Both the position numbers and the translations under genes were made by a program. Of a stretch of 64,000 nucleotides of DNA, positions 27,184 through 40,531 are shown piece after piece. Origin of the DNA: Tubiluchus corallicola (lineage: Eukaryota; Animalia; Priapulida); assembly GCA_030141605.1 (NCBI GenBank), contig JAQGDQ010000240.1, positions 124,001-188,000 of the forward strand. The letters run 5' to 3'. How positions within the stretch are numbered: position 1 is the stretch's first letter; every line of letters begins with the position of its first letter. A model generated the notes under the pieces. The model was not told where the DNA came from. It searched no databases and saw nothing but the letters and a program-made list of their open reading frames with translations.

Positions 27184-27893
27184 CTCTTTTAAAAGCAAAC
27201 TGTCGGACATATGGCTGAACTACCGCGGCTGTGCCACCTAGTAATTTTTAAAGTGCAGGCAGTTATGATCGGTCAACAGACAGAGATGCTTAACACAGGA
27301 CCGAATAGATATAATATGGTATGATATGATATAACTCTAACGTCATCAAGTATTATTATGTCATGAGAATGAAAGTTTATCTGCAAATATGCAAATCTTT
27401 AACGGACCTACAAAGCAACGCGACTTTCTCAGAACAAAAACATAATTATTAAAGTATAAATCTCCATTTTTGATTATGTATGGCCATCTTATCTTCAAAA
27501 TTTTCCTTAGAGGACTACTATGAAATGGGTCAGTCTACTTTTCTTGAGTAATCGTTAAATAACATGTTTATTTAACTCCGATTACTTAAATAGTCGAAGT
27601 CTTATGTTAAGACTTAATTTCTTGCTTCTTGCTTAATACATTTTATGTATGTCTACTTGTTTGAAAAACGTATGCATGCCTCATAATGTAATTTTTGTAT
27701 GTATAAATACATTGCTATAAACCGATCCTTGAATAAACCGATCAGAATATGGTGAACTTGAGAGCTAACATTTGTAGCATTAAATTGTTTTGTTGTTTAT
27801 GAAATAAAACCGATGTTGATCTTTTAGACATAGTTTCTAGACGACACAGTCGCGTTCAAACGAATTTTAGCATTTTCCTTGAACAGGAAGACG

Positions 27894-28639
27894 ATGTTGC
27901 TATTTGCAGTGTGTCTCTTTGCTCTAATCATTGCCTACCTGTCAGACGATTATTGCAATAACTTTTGGATAGATATTGACGAGTCTATTATTGCCATACA
28001 GATTACGACAGCGTAGCTACAAAACTTGAACTTGTAAACGCAGATACCAACTTGGGAAGTCTAGATGATGGGTTCTATAATGTTACAATAAATAGTTACC
28101 AAGGAAATGAGTTGCCTAACAATTTTTTCAAGGAAAAGTAAATCTAAGGAGCTACTTAAAAATAAGATATAGCGAGTTGGCTAGCTTGGGACAAAATTCA
28201 ATAACTGTTCGTGTGAATGAGCTGACTTTTGAAAATACGAAGCTTTCTTGCATACATCCAGAAGCTTTCAAGAATGCAAAGTTCAGCTGGATTTACATCT
28301 TTGATAATAAACAACTGACTGGAACCTTGGTGTTTGCTTTCTCTGATAATCCACACTTTCACACTATGTACCTCTTACGTAGCAGAATTAAAGGACTCAT
28401 GCCCCCTAAAACTGACAATAGTGTGGCACCTGAAAACGTGACGCTTTGGTTTGGCTGTACGTTCTCAAAAATAATTTAATGCAGATCAGTATTACTATTA
28501 TCTTGCCAGGGGTATTTCAGATTTAACATTCAGAGTTTCATGCACCTCCTGTCATTATGCAACCAGAATGAAAATTAGACAACAAAAAATAGACATTGTG
28601 ATGAACGACAGAGTACCGTGTAAAGAAGTATTTTCATGA
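27894..28639 (+). pseudogene. Frameshifted single-coding-exon gene for a secreted leucine-rich-repeat-like protein (~245 aa if repaired)
   Basis: Acceptor ttttccttgaacag at 27885-6 and ATG at 27894 with signal-peptide-like MLLFAVCLFALIIAYLS. After frameshifts it reads ...YNVTINSYQGNELPNNFF, YLKIRYSELASLGQNSI, ELTFENTKLSCIHPEAFKNAKFSWIYIFDNKQL (LRR-like periodicity). A Cys-containing tail ends at TGA 28637-9, with AATAAA near 28702. Three frame breaks are needed. Confidence 0.6.
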
Positions 28640-30061
28640 ACCTGATAACTCTTTATAAGTTATATGTGACATTATTATACAAATATACCATTAGAATTTG
28701 CAATAAACGATCACTTATTATCTTACTGTACAGATCAGTTACCAATATGAATGAAGCTTGTGCTAAAATTGGTACATACTGTATGTCTCACTACATTCGA
28801 CTACTAGTTTACTTCGAGGGGTAAATTTGAATTGTATTTATTGCATGGCTGAATTTGTTTTGCCTTGCATTCAGTGGGTGAGTACTATGTAAGCATGGCG
28901 AACAATGCTGGAATAATCAAAGGTGCAATAAACCGTTCTATATTTCAAAACTAAAAAACACAACCCAGGCGCTTGTGTGGTGACCCTGAAGATCTCTTAT
29001 TTTTAATGATTAAGTGAGGTCTCTTGTAGACTGACATATACGATTGTTAGCTTTTTGTAGACTTATAGTCTACCGATTGAATATAGTTTTGAATTCTGAA
29101 AGTTTTTGAATTTTTAGTGGAACAAATGAGACTGCGACGTAACCTGGATTGTTTTGCCTTCATGGTCGGACAACAGTATTACCAAAGCTGACTGTTGACT
29201 GAAGAAGCAGAACAACCACAAACTGCAAGCCTTATAAGTTATAATGAGCAAAATACTGCCTAATAAGCACATATTAGCGTAGGCCTGCCTGCACAGGCTA
29301 AAGAATAAACGGATTCCACAAAGCTTGGCAGTCACAATGTTATATGAAAATTACACTTTTTTCAAAATGTCTGCAAGTAACCGTTGACTTACCCAAAGTT
29401 AAGTTACAAAACTGAAAGCTAATAGTGTGAACAGCCGTGGTTTAACCATTGAGCAAAATAGGCACGTGCTTAGGGCCTCAGGGGAAACTCGTGCTTAGGC
29501 TCCGCATAGTTTTTTCAAATTGAGTAATCACATAAAAGCAAAAAAAACGGAATATGTGTGGTGGTTTCTATATTTGTTTACAATATGAGATGAACACGGA
29601 TGTATGGATGGACACATATCAATACATATAGACATAGATAGATAGGCCCATCCGTATCGTCTTATATCCATCTACCTATCTATCTATCTCTGTGTGCGTG
29701 TGTGTGTGTGTTTGCATGTATGTATGTAGATAGACCAATTAACCTACAAAGTGGTTTCAAAAACATGTAAATAATCATACATAAAGTAATATTTTACAAT
29801 ACTTATAGTGAGTTGACGATGTTCACTATCTAGTACCGGCCTTAATTTTTTAATAGAGAATTGTAAAAGTATCAAATTTAGGACTAAATTTAAAGTAACA
29901 ACTTTTAATTACAAGTTCATATCCTAAGCACTAGATCACACGGTTCCTCGTGATTTTCTAATTCTGTCCTGAGCGCTCACACCATCTAAAAGTTACCAAA
30001 TGTTACATTACTACCCCTGGAATAGTCTAATTATGACACACTGGTGAAGTAGTAACCCAAA

Positions 30062-30228
30062 TCATCATCATCATCATCATCATACGCCCGTCACGTCTAT
30101 TGTAGACATTGGGCAGGCAGAATTCTAAAATAAAAGAAATCTGCCTTCAGACAGGTAAACGCAGCAGTAATCCAGCAAAAAAACTAGACACTGCTGCGCC
30201 AGTGGCTTGTCAGCACCACTTCCGTTCT
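30062..30228 (-). mobile_element. Short 5'-truncated retroposon (LINE/SINE 3' end) with (TGA)n tail and perfect 14-bp TSD
   Basis: agtagtaacccaaa at 30048-30061 and 30229-30242; a (TCA)n run at the left end; a gtcta-caa-tagac stem-loop near the tail. Confidence 0.85.
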
Positions 30229-30576
30229 AGTAGTAACCCAAAGTCCCGAGTTTATATCTAAGCAAAAGTTCCGATCTTTATTTATTTTCCTGTTTAGCTT
30301 AAGTCAAGTTCTATCACTTTTATTACCGCATCCTCAGCATGAGTAAATACAGCAATTGCTTTTTATTCATTGTTATTAATGACTGCATTTTGCTAGGGGC
30401 AATTAACATTTAGTTTCATTGATTCTGAAGCACAAATTCAAATCGTGGAGCCACAAGCTATACAAGTTTGTTCACATCAATGTAATAGGCCTATTCCTTC
30501 TTTTCGTTTTCACAAATTCTATTTTTTGTTTAAATTAACGTTCGAATTTTGCAGTTATTCATTTTGCTGAACTATT

Positions 30577-30580
<4 letters not shown>

Positions 30581-30651
<71 letters not shown>
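30581..30651. repeat. (TTA)n microsatellite
   Basis: Directly visible. Confidence 0.97.
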
Positions 30652-30652
<1 letters not shown>

Positions 30653-31168
30653 CTGAGTGATATTACTATGGCAACTAACTGAAGCGTTCGTCGTCGTGGA
30701 ACTGCCACCGCAGCTTTATTTATTAGTTGGTTCATTAGGTTTATTTACACATTAGCGTGCTTTGTAAATCTGCGTAATACACCTTGGGCAGCTGAGGAAG
30801 AGTTCAGAACATCCTCATCCTGAATACAAAACAAGGTAAAATCGATGGTGCTAACGCAGCTGAGCTCACAAAGAAGCGGAATGACGCTGTCTGTCTGCCT
30901 GCGCCGACAAACTTAATCTAGAGTGTTAAACGTATATTTGTCATCGTTATCACGTCAGATCCCATAAAAACAGATGCTTTCGCACAAAAATACCACACGC
31001 TGTCATTAGCTTAAATTTAATTTAGTTTCTATTTCCCCCACTACATTTCATTTCTTCTCGCATTGTACATCACTTCCAGCATGGCTTATTTTCTAAAAGT
31101 AGAAATGTTAAACTGACTCCCATTCGGTTTTATTCAATTCAGTTTATTGGTCTCTCAAAAAGATACAC

Positions 31169-31169
<1 letters not shown>

Positions 31170-31204
<35 letters not shown>

Positions 31205-31207
31205 GTA

Positions 31208-31280
<73 letters not shown>
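31170..31280. repeat. Interrupted (TA)n microsatellite
   Basis: Directly visible. Confidence 0.97.
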
Positions 31281-31281
<1 letters not shown>

Positions 31282-31639
31282 AAACATTTTTATATTGAAG
31301 CTCGTATAATATTACACAATATCCTGCAAATACGTAACATTTCGTTCACTAGTCCATTAACTTGCGTTTCTTTCTTTCCTGTATTAATTTGATAATTTAT
31401 CAATATATATTAAGCTCTAATTAAACAAGGCCAATGCAAGATTATTTTTGTATAAATACCTAGTTGGAAATCTTCAAAAGCCGATTCACTTACTAACGAT
31501 TAGAACGAGCGAATTGAATGGTCACTATATGTACGGAGCAACTGAAGGACTGTCAGGCAGTGGATGAGTGACCACTGGAATAAAAACTCGCTTCATTTAC
31601 CATACCAGTTTTAGGCCCATCTCGTTAGGGGAGGATGTG

Positions 31640-31720
31640 CTGACAGCCCCACTAACACCTCTGATGGGGCTAAGTCCACGCAAAGGCGATCTCCAGTCTT
31701 TGCGTTTTTTCTGCCATATC
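31640..31720 (-). mobile_element. Possible RTE-type LINE 3' relic
   Basis: The minus strand gives DMAE/RKDWRSPLRGLSP (one frameshift), like the AxDRxxWR C-terminal motif of RTE ORFs. Confidence 0.3.
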
Positions 31721-33809
31721 ATATCGTATACTATGGTAAATAATAATCATATTACTAATTATGAATATCATTTACTTTCCTCATAGATATCCATTTTATA
31801 GTGAACCGGTAGCTGTAAGCTGTACACATGAATTTCGAACAAACTGTGGCTTCAAATCGCATTATTGGCGCGCAATTTCATAACTATAAATCATATCTGA
31901 CAAATATATAGCAGAAATTGTTGGTTTGAAGCATTCACATTCAGAAATAAATAAAGAACTAGAAAGGCGCTTCCTATAAACGTCGTTCATAATTTGGTAA
32001 CAAAATTGCAGCTTGTAAAACGTTTTATTTCCAAATTGTCATATCAATATCAGCAAAATTGTTTGCGCATCAAATCTGTCAAGCTGTGGCGTGTGGCAAT
32101 GCACCAACACTGTAGAGCATGCTATTTAAAAATCGAAGTTGCTTGTATTTTCTATTCTCAGGGAAAATCCAATAACACAACTTCTGGCAGTTTCGTTGCT
32201 AAAAACGGACGAGGAGATGCTTTACAAATAGCAAGTAAACACTGAAGAAAAAAACAGAAAACAAGTACACATCAAATAAACACTTAGACAATGAAGCAAA
32301 CAAGACTTAGCAAATACACAAACAAGCAACCGAAAAAACAAACGATAGAACCAATCAAACAAAAAATATTAAAAGCAAACAAAAACGAAATGAATCTTTA
32401 GTAAATGCATGCTTGAGCTGAAATAAAGTATTTGCTTAATAATAAGGTCGAGATTTATTTTTTACTTTTTGTAGGATAGGCCAAAGCTTGCATCAATTAC
32501 AATGATGTGCGCGTCATTAAGTCCTTGGATGAACACAAAAAATCCCATGACTAAAACTGAAGCCGCAACATTGTAGTTATAGTTGTCAGTAATCGCATAA
32601 GAATCTGCAACAAATTTTGTGATGCCAGACGAATTGGTGTCACACATACTTGTATGAACACACCTTTTAATAAATGGACGGCAGTTTATTTGACAACCGA
32701 AACTCTAATCACTGGTTTTTAACTGTATTGAACTCTGCAAAGATTGATGCACCGCTGAAGTTAACTGTTTTACGACATCTCGACTGTGCGGCTTTACGAT
32801 GTCGTTTAGAACGGTAGCAATTTATTTTAATATGAAAGTGTCGTGAAGTAAATTTGCTGAACCCTCGTGTGCGATAAAATCATCCCGTCGTTACGGAATC
32901 AGCGGATTTTTCCACCGAGATTCCCCATGGATGCAAAATGGCCATAACTTTACCTTCTAGCAACCATTCCGGTCAACAAAACAGTTTAAAATGATAAAGA
33001 ACTGTTAGCAGTTCGCACGCATCCAGGATTAAAAACTAGAGAACGGACAAGATACAACCCACGCACCCTTTTCGAATTTAGAACTGCCCTTGAAAAGTCA
33101 AAACAATCGATGTGTTAGCAATTTAATAATCTTACGTTTGGCATGAAAAGTGAAACTATTTTGTTATACTTTTTCACATTTGTGGCTTCTCACAGTGAAT
33201 AAGGTGACGATAAACACGATAATAATGATGGTGATGACGATGACGATGGCCACGACGACGACGACGACGACAACGATGATGATGATAATGATGGGATGAT
33301 GACGATAACAATGGCGACATCGATGACAGTCACTGTCACTTTCGCAACACGCTAAAGTAATTTGTAAGTAGCATAGTTACACTATTTCTGAGTTTCATGA
33401 TTATGGCATCTAGGACAATATACCAGCAAATTGCCACCTCTCAGAATAACGAATAAAAGTGACTGATGAGGGCATCAGTAAAGACATAATTCTGCCTGAG
33501 CTGAGATCACGGGACAGGAAGTAAAAATCAGTCGGGCGTAATAACATGGCTTCCTGTAACACAAAGTGTAGCAGCCAGCTACTCTAGATCAGTTAGGTAA
33601 ACAATGCCTGATTATATCAAAGTCATTATTTATAATTTGACGTTCGTGTGACATCGTCGTCGTTCTAATCTCGTAATCAATGTGGCAGATATTACATAGA
33701 AGAGAACAAACCCTAATGCACTAGATTACTGGAATATACTAGTGCTCGTTTTGTACCGTTGTACAATTAATGTAAGCAACATCTGCCTAACTAAAGAGAC
33801 TTTAAAAGC

Positions 33810-34700
33810 GTTTGGACACATGGGAATAGCCAGACTTCTAAATCAGACTTAAAGACTGCAAGAAAGACATGTTTCCCTGAAGTCCTTTTGTGTTCTCTGT
33901 GTTAATGTCTTGTGGAAGCCAGGTAATGTGAATAACAGCCATAAAGATTAAGGAAGCTTATCAGCAAGCGATGTAAAGCACATACAACATCAGATTTTCA
34001 AAAGGTGACTGAAAAGGACAATTTTTATGTGTACAGGTCGCGCCAATTAAGGCCACTACTAACACAAGGTAAAGTTTACATTTAAAGCGTAAGACTATGA
34101 ATGCACTTCCGGAGAATATGAATACACTTCTGGAAACTCTTCCAACAAATTTGTTGGTGACGGAAGACACAGATCTGTACAGGCTTTTCTTCATGCAAAT
34201 GAGATTGTAGTAACCATAAGAAAACAATTATCTGCTAAAGAAATTTACAAAAGAATCCAAAGGAAAATGGATTTGTAACGGCTGAGTTTATGGGTAAGAT
34301 GACGAAAAGCAATAACGCAGCGTTTAGAAACTAATGAAGAATGATCATGAGAGAACATACCATAAACAGTAATAAGTAGAGCTATTGTTGACCACAAAAT
34401 AGATCAGCTAGACAGGAAATGCTGTTCTACAATTAGTCAAGTTGATTAAAAGTAACAAGCTGGGACACCAGATATTGCTGCAATAACCACGCAAGGTCAG
34501 ACAATAGATTTGTCAAGATAGGCTGACAAAAAATAACCCGGGAATCACATAGGCACAGTAAAGACACTACACCTTTTGACATTTTCTTAGCCACTTCTGT
34601 AAGACATTATTCTCGTCTAGGTTAGAAACACAAGTCACAGCCAGGAAAATAAACACAAGACTGATCAGAACAGAAGCGGTCACTGATGAAGAATGGAAAC
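33810..34700 (+). mobile_element. Heavily decayed Gypsy-like integrase relic
   Basis: Ordered fragments FGHMGIARL (zinc-finger GHxG-like), SKRCKAH, GFVTAEF, RKINTRL, broken by many stops and frameshifts. Confidence 0.3.
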
Positions 34701-34957
34701 AAAGAAACAACAGGGTTCTATTACAGAACCCTGAGGAACACCAAGATTGATTCCATACACAGAAAGAGACTGCCCTTCGTAAACAATTAGCGTTTTCCTA
34801 TTGTTAAGATATTACGTTGTATTAATCAGTGCGTACTGCCATTTGTGCCGTAAAATTAAAATATGTGAAGTAGGGCTTTGTTCCAGACGTAAGCTGAAGC
34901 CTTGAATACGTCTCAAAGTTAGTAAGTTTAGACACACTAGGTGCTCTAAAGCTACTA

Positions 34958-34958
<1 letters not shown>

Positions 34959-35054
<96 letters not shown>
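34959..35054. repeat. (TTA)n microsatellite
   Basis: Directly visible. Confidence 0.97.
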
Positions 35055-35056
<2 letters not shown>

Positions 35057-36635
35057 AGACAGACACAACGTCTATGTTTGAACAAGCCCTTCGACACCAA
35101 TCAAATAAGTTTTCAAAATCGTCGAATTATTATTGAGAGTTAATGATTCTCCAGCAAATTATGAAACAAGTAGATGGTACGAATTGCTTATTTATTGATA
35201 CAATATGCACGTCTAGATCAGGCGTTTTTTTGGAACTAAAAACATAAAGTGTGAAAATAAACTACAGGGTAATAACCTAATGGCAAAATTAGCAGACCTA
35301 ATGCCTAAAATCAACTTGGTACTGCATATATTCACAATTATTAAACCTGAAACTAAATTTGACCAAAAAGGGGAAATCTAAAAGATTGAGACTTAGCCTG
35401 GATTTGGACATAATCCAAAAATGCCTGGTTCAGTTTCGACGTTTTCACACTTCGTTTCGATTCAGGTTTGGTTTTAAAAATTTAATAATTGTGGAAAGTA
35501 ATCAATAGTCATAAAATTAAAATTATAATGAACGCTTACTGCTAATCCTCCGTTCGGCCACATATGGTGGTGGTTCATCTAGGATATCATCGCGGCGGTG
35601 TCGCCGAAAGCGCCACCGTCTGGGCATAATTTTCAATCAATTGGTCTTCTACTGGATGCCGTCTTTATGATGACTGTGTACAACCACCACCTGCAAATAG
35701 GACAAAAAAGGCTACTAAGAACAGATTACGCATTAACTGCACATAAACAAATACAACACTATTCGGTGTGCTGCAGCACTAACAGTTATAAGTTTTACGA
35801 GTGTACCATAGCAATAATGCCGGAGATTTTTAAAACGGCATTATCTTAAGCTTCTTCTTTGGCTGTAGATTAATCTAGACAAAGGTATGCGAACTTTGTA
35901 CAAATTAATAGTGGACCATAAAACTGATCTGGAACAACCCGAATTACTAACAATATTGAATATTATTAAAAAAATGCGAAAGAAACTTTATTATGGTGTG
36001 AATATTTTTGTCGCACAATGTTACAAACAAAAAAACTGCGGACAAAGATAAATATTTTAAATGAGTTTAGCCACTTAAATAATCAGTATAAAAATAAAAC
36101 CTTTCTGGCCATTTGTTTGGAAACAGTAATTGTCAGACAAATGAGGTATAGGTATGATAATGGTTTTAAATTTAAATTTAAGTTATAGTTACAGTTCAAT
36201 TGCAGTGCATTTACCTGACCCATATCGCTGCACTGGGGACTGTCACAAGCAAACTTCCTATTTCAAGGAAATGCCGTGCACGAAATGCATTAATTAAATT
36301 GATTAGTTATAGCTATAAATTATTAGTTAAGAGAACGATACCCTTTATGTCATTTGCAAATCCATAATCGCAAAAACAGTAACTCAAACCATTTTCAAAA
36401 CGAAACGAAAATCGGTCTTTGTGTTGTCCCAGAGGCGTCATATAGCGAAACAGGCGCAATAAAATTTCCACATATGTGCCTGACAGTGATATTAAATTCC
36501 CTGCTTAGATTAGTGTATGCATTGTGGAACTGATATGTTCTAATAACGATGACATAATATTCACAGCAAATTACAAACTTAGCTGCGTTATATGAGCTTA
36601 AAAATATCATCGTCGTCGTGGTCATTGCCGTGGTC

Positions 36636-36638
36636 ATT

Positions 36639-36691
<53 letters not shown>
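36636..36691. repeat. (ATC)n microsatellite
   Basis: Directly visible. Confidence 0.95.
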
Positions 36692-37321
36692 TAATAGTTT
36701 TATTCATTAATAGAATGAATACTGCCATCGAAAAATTATAGTTGTTGTCAGCAATTGTCGCCTTCATAACTTCATCGTCGATGTCATTGCTGTTGGCATT
36801 AACATCAGCAACATCACAATAGTTACTATCATCTTTATCATTACTGAGAACACCATCACCTCGATCTGTGTGAGGATCTCGTTTTCCATTTTCGTAGAAA
36901 ATATTTATTTAGTGATTTGTAAAAGTCAAAAAATAATACATTACTATAGGAAAAACGGCCAGTTACGAGTCAAATATTAACGCTAAAATACTTAATTCTC
37001 TCAGCAAACAGTCCGTCTGCTGCTGAAAATTTATTGACTTAACTGTTAGGAAAATCTCTATAAACGTTAAAATGTAACAGTGTCAGCTTTTATTATCTTT
37101 AAATCGTAATGTGGCTACGTAAAGCCACGTTAATAAGTGAATAGTATAGCTAATTTCATTAGCAAGTTAATAAAAGCAATGAGAACTCGTTCAAGGTTAA
37201 CGTGTATCGCTTCTGAATTGCAAAAAAATAGCTTGTATGATGATAAATTTGATGTGACTGCAAGTAAGGTTAACATACCAACGAAGAAGTTTACAGTTCT
37301 GTCTATGCTTAGTATAATCTC

Positions 37322-37550
37322 CCTCCATTAGAAAAAAATCTATAGAACTTCTTTATGGTTTTCGGTAATGCCTTGCCGATGTGATTTCTATAGTTTATTT
37401 CTCCATTTACTTTGTGTGTCACTAACTATGTCATAATTGTAAATATTTATAACTGTTGTATGTAACTTTTGTCCTGGGTGTATTTTTGTATATATGAACC
37501 TAGAGTTTGCAATAAAGACTTAAATCAAATCAAATCAATCAAATCAAATC
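37322..37550 (+). mobile_element. 5'-truncated copy (ORF end, 3' UTR and (AAATC)n tail) of the RTEX-like LINE at 57945-59576
   Basis: Near-identical to the reverse complement of 57945-58159 (cctccattagaaaaaaatctatagaac...gcaataaagacttaaatcaaatc), followed by actcactc and (TC)n. Confidence 0.92.
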
Positions 37551-37552
37551 AC

Positions 37553-37618
<66 letters not shown>
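37551..37618. repeat. (ACTC)2-(TC)n microsatellite after the LINE tail
   Basis: Directly visible. Confidence 0.95.
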
Positions 37619-37620
<2 letters not shown>

Positions 37621-38551
37621 TTCCTTCCTCCATCTCTCTCCCCCTCTGTCGTTTCTTTCTTTTTTTTCTCTTTTTTACTTCTTACTCCAATGTTTTATCC
37701 GGTACCCTAACACTAATCAAGCCCGAACTAGACAGTCGGCTCATTACTGCACCACGCTTTCCATATACGCCAAGTGCGTCAATCAGAATGCTCGTAATAA
37801 CTATCCATAATACGCACTCTGATTGAGTTATTGCGACGCAAAATTCCCCAAAATTAATACACTACGTAGAATGTGCGAGTATAATTGATAAATGGTAAGG
37901 AATTGGACGATGATGGATAGATTGATAGTTAAGAGCGTAGTCATGGGTATCACCTGAGTAAGAATGCGCCACACAACTTCAAATCGAGTGGAATGATACG
38001 CACTTGTTAGCCCAGCGGATCTGTTACATATAAAATATAGAGAATTCTCAAGCATGCATTTTTGGTGTGCCAAAACAAACATGTCTTCTACAGTTTACTG
38101 TTTGGGCAAAGTGTATAATTCTTAGATTTTGGACATACTTTTCCTAGTCATTTTATAGATTGCTGAATAAATTTTACTTCTTGCAAATCAAAAAATGTCA
38201 GTTACTCATGTTTTATCTTCTTAGGCATTCGTTTAAAGTCAATTTATTTTAAGTTAAATGTGAAATAAATAATGTTTGAAACTGCTTGCAAATTTGTTTG
38301 GCAAATTTGTCCGCTTATTCGTTGGCCTTTTTCATTTTCGAGAATTTAAGTTTCCAAATGTCGTTCCTCCTCGTTGCTGTCTCACTCTTGCAGGAGACGT
38401 AATGTATGTAAAACTTACTTGTATAGCGCACTGCATCATTTTAAATCTCTGCACGCTGAACAATAAAATACTTTTAAAATACATAAGATACATTAAAATT
38501 TAAAGCACATTCGAAAAAATCGAAAAATTAAATCGCCCTAAAAATAACATA

Positions 38552-39080
38552 AAAACAAATGTGCTTTTGTTTAAAAGAACCTAATGATTTGGAGAGCGTA
38601 TAGCAACGGGTAAGTTATTCCAGGGACGTGTAACACAGACAGTAAAAGCTTTTTCCTAATAGAATGCTGTATTTGGACCTGGCTGATATAAATTAATTTA
38701 TTCATTAGCCGTTAGAACAAAGTGTTCGGTCTATATGACGGCGAATCAAAAGATATGCGAGGTATGCGGATGCCAAACCATGTAGTATTTTGTAGGTGAT
38801 AAAAGAATTTTAAATGAATTCGGAACTTTACCGGCAGCTAACGTAACTCGTTAGCTTAGAATAGGTGTAATGTGGTCACATTTTTAGTTAGGGTAATGAG
38901 ACGAGCAGCAGAGTTCTAAATTAGTTGGAATTTCCAGTTGCTTGGTGGTTAAGAATATGCCTGACTTCTTCCGATTTTCCACAGTACCAACGATGCTGAT
39001 CTACTCATTTTTGCGACGTGGTTTGACATAGTACCGAAAGTGTCAAAGATTACTCCAAGATTATTTACGGTTTGGGAAGG
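38552..39080 (-). mobile_element. Decayed L2-clade LINE ORF2 C-terminal fragment
   Basis: Minus-strand translation gives PSQTVNNLGVIFD, NSAARLIT..CDHITPIL, LPVKFRI..ITYKILHGLASAYL, KAFTVCVTRPWNNLP..HLF: canonical L2 motifs in order, with stops, frameshifts and an internal deletion. Confidence 0.88.
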
Positions 39081-39685
39081 ATTAAGACAAACACGTTTTT
39101 GCTGATGTTTTGATTTTCTACTGAGCTAGTACTGCAAGAGTAGATTGATCAAATTTGACAGTTTTTAATCTTGGTCTTTTAAAATGTATTGGCGAACGAT
39201 TTTTCAGCTCCAGATTCAAATACAACCTCTAAAATATACATTTTCAAATTACATAATAATAATTATTACTGTGTTTGAGGCAGATAAATAAGGCAAACAC
39301 ATAAACCTGTCCTTAACTGAAATGCACCACATTTTTCCGCACTGCACATGGTGAAAATGTAGTGATCAGCAATTGTACTGTACTGTATTGCAAATACACT
39401 AAAAATAATTGAAATTTATATAAATAAGGCAAAGGTCTTCGGCCATGTGTAAGTCCTTTATTTAACGTATCTGCTGACTGCTTTTGATTGTAAATTATCC
39501 TGATAGAGAAAATTGATAACTGAAAACAAAAGAAACCAAAGCAGAAGCAGTCCAACTAATGGTGATGCGTGCTTATGTCTTTCCTTTATTAACTAGCCTC
39601 ATAACTGAAATTTCGCCAAGCAAAACAAACAGAATTTAATATCATTTAGGTTCATAAAATCTCATTGTGTGTGCAAATCTTTCCT

Positions 39686-39740
39686 TGTGCGCGCCAGAAA
39701 GCGGTTGCGCGCATGCGCTATGTAGTCTAGAATTCCCAGG
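39686..39740. promoter_or_regulatory. Housekeeping-promoter-like motif cluster
   Basis: gcgcgcca (E2F-like), gcgcatgcgc (NRF1/Ewg consensus) and ctagaattcccagg (ZNF143/SBS-like) within 55 bp of CpG-rich sequence in an AT-rich background. Confidence 0.3.
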
Positions 39741-40531
39741 GATAAATGAAAAGGTGAAATTTTTGCGCTTTAATCCCGTATTTGGTAAAGTAAATACAGA
39801 AGTCAGGATTTGATTGAAACTTTAAGTCCACTGTTAACAAAACAACAGGACGGGGGCTTTTATCAGGTCAATGTGACTTACATCGACAAGCCACAGTAAT
39901 TTATAGTCCGATGGAAATTATAAAAGCTGAACTGACAGAAACTCTGAAACAACACCGTACAGGTCAGAACAAAAATGTTCAAGTTAAAAATGAAGAGGAA
40001 AAGGAGGTAAAGAGGACGCAAATAAAAAACGATGCATAATTTCGACTCACAAATGTACGGGGCAAAATAACCATAACCGCAAGCGTTTTATAGCCACATA
40101 TCTTTGAAGATGCTAAGAAAGGATCGCATTTTTTCAGAAAGAAAATCGTATTGTTCAGAGGTACAAAAAGGATCTAACATACAAAGGATCTGCAAAAATA
40201 CAAATGAAAGGTTGCACAATTTTCAAAGTTACAAGCAAAGGCACATGTAATTGAAAGCATTCATAGAAAAACTTTTTCAAAGCTGGACGAAAAGGCTTCT
40301 GCAAAGAAAGAATTTTATATTAATACAAGACGGAATTTCCATGACGCAAGGAAAGAATTCCTCAAAGATGCACAAAGTAAAATTATTAAACGGGAATGAG
40401 CTGTGCTATTAATAACAGTGAATTTCAACATTAAATCCAAAATAAATTTCACGAAAATGTGTACTTTTTATCACTTAAATTTGAAAACCGAAACGCTACG
40501 TGTGGTATTTAACCCTCCTGTGCCTGCAAAC

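Noticed and set aside
32462-32647. 61-aa minus-strand ORF
   Set aside because: No recognisable domain and no convincing splice boundaries.
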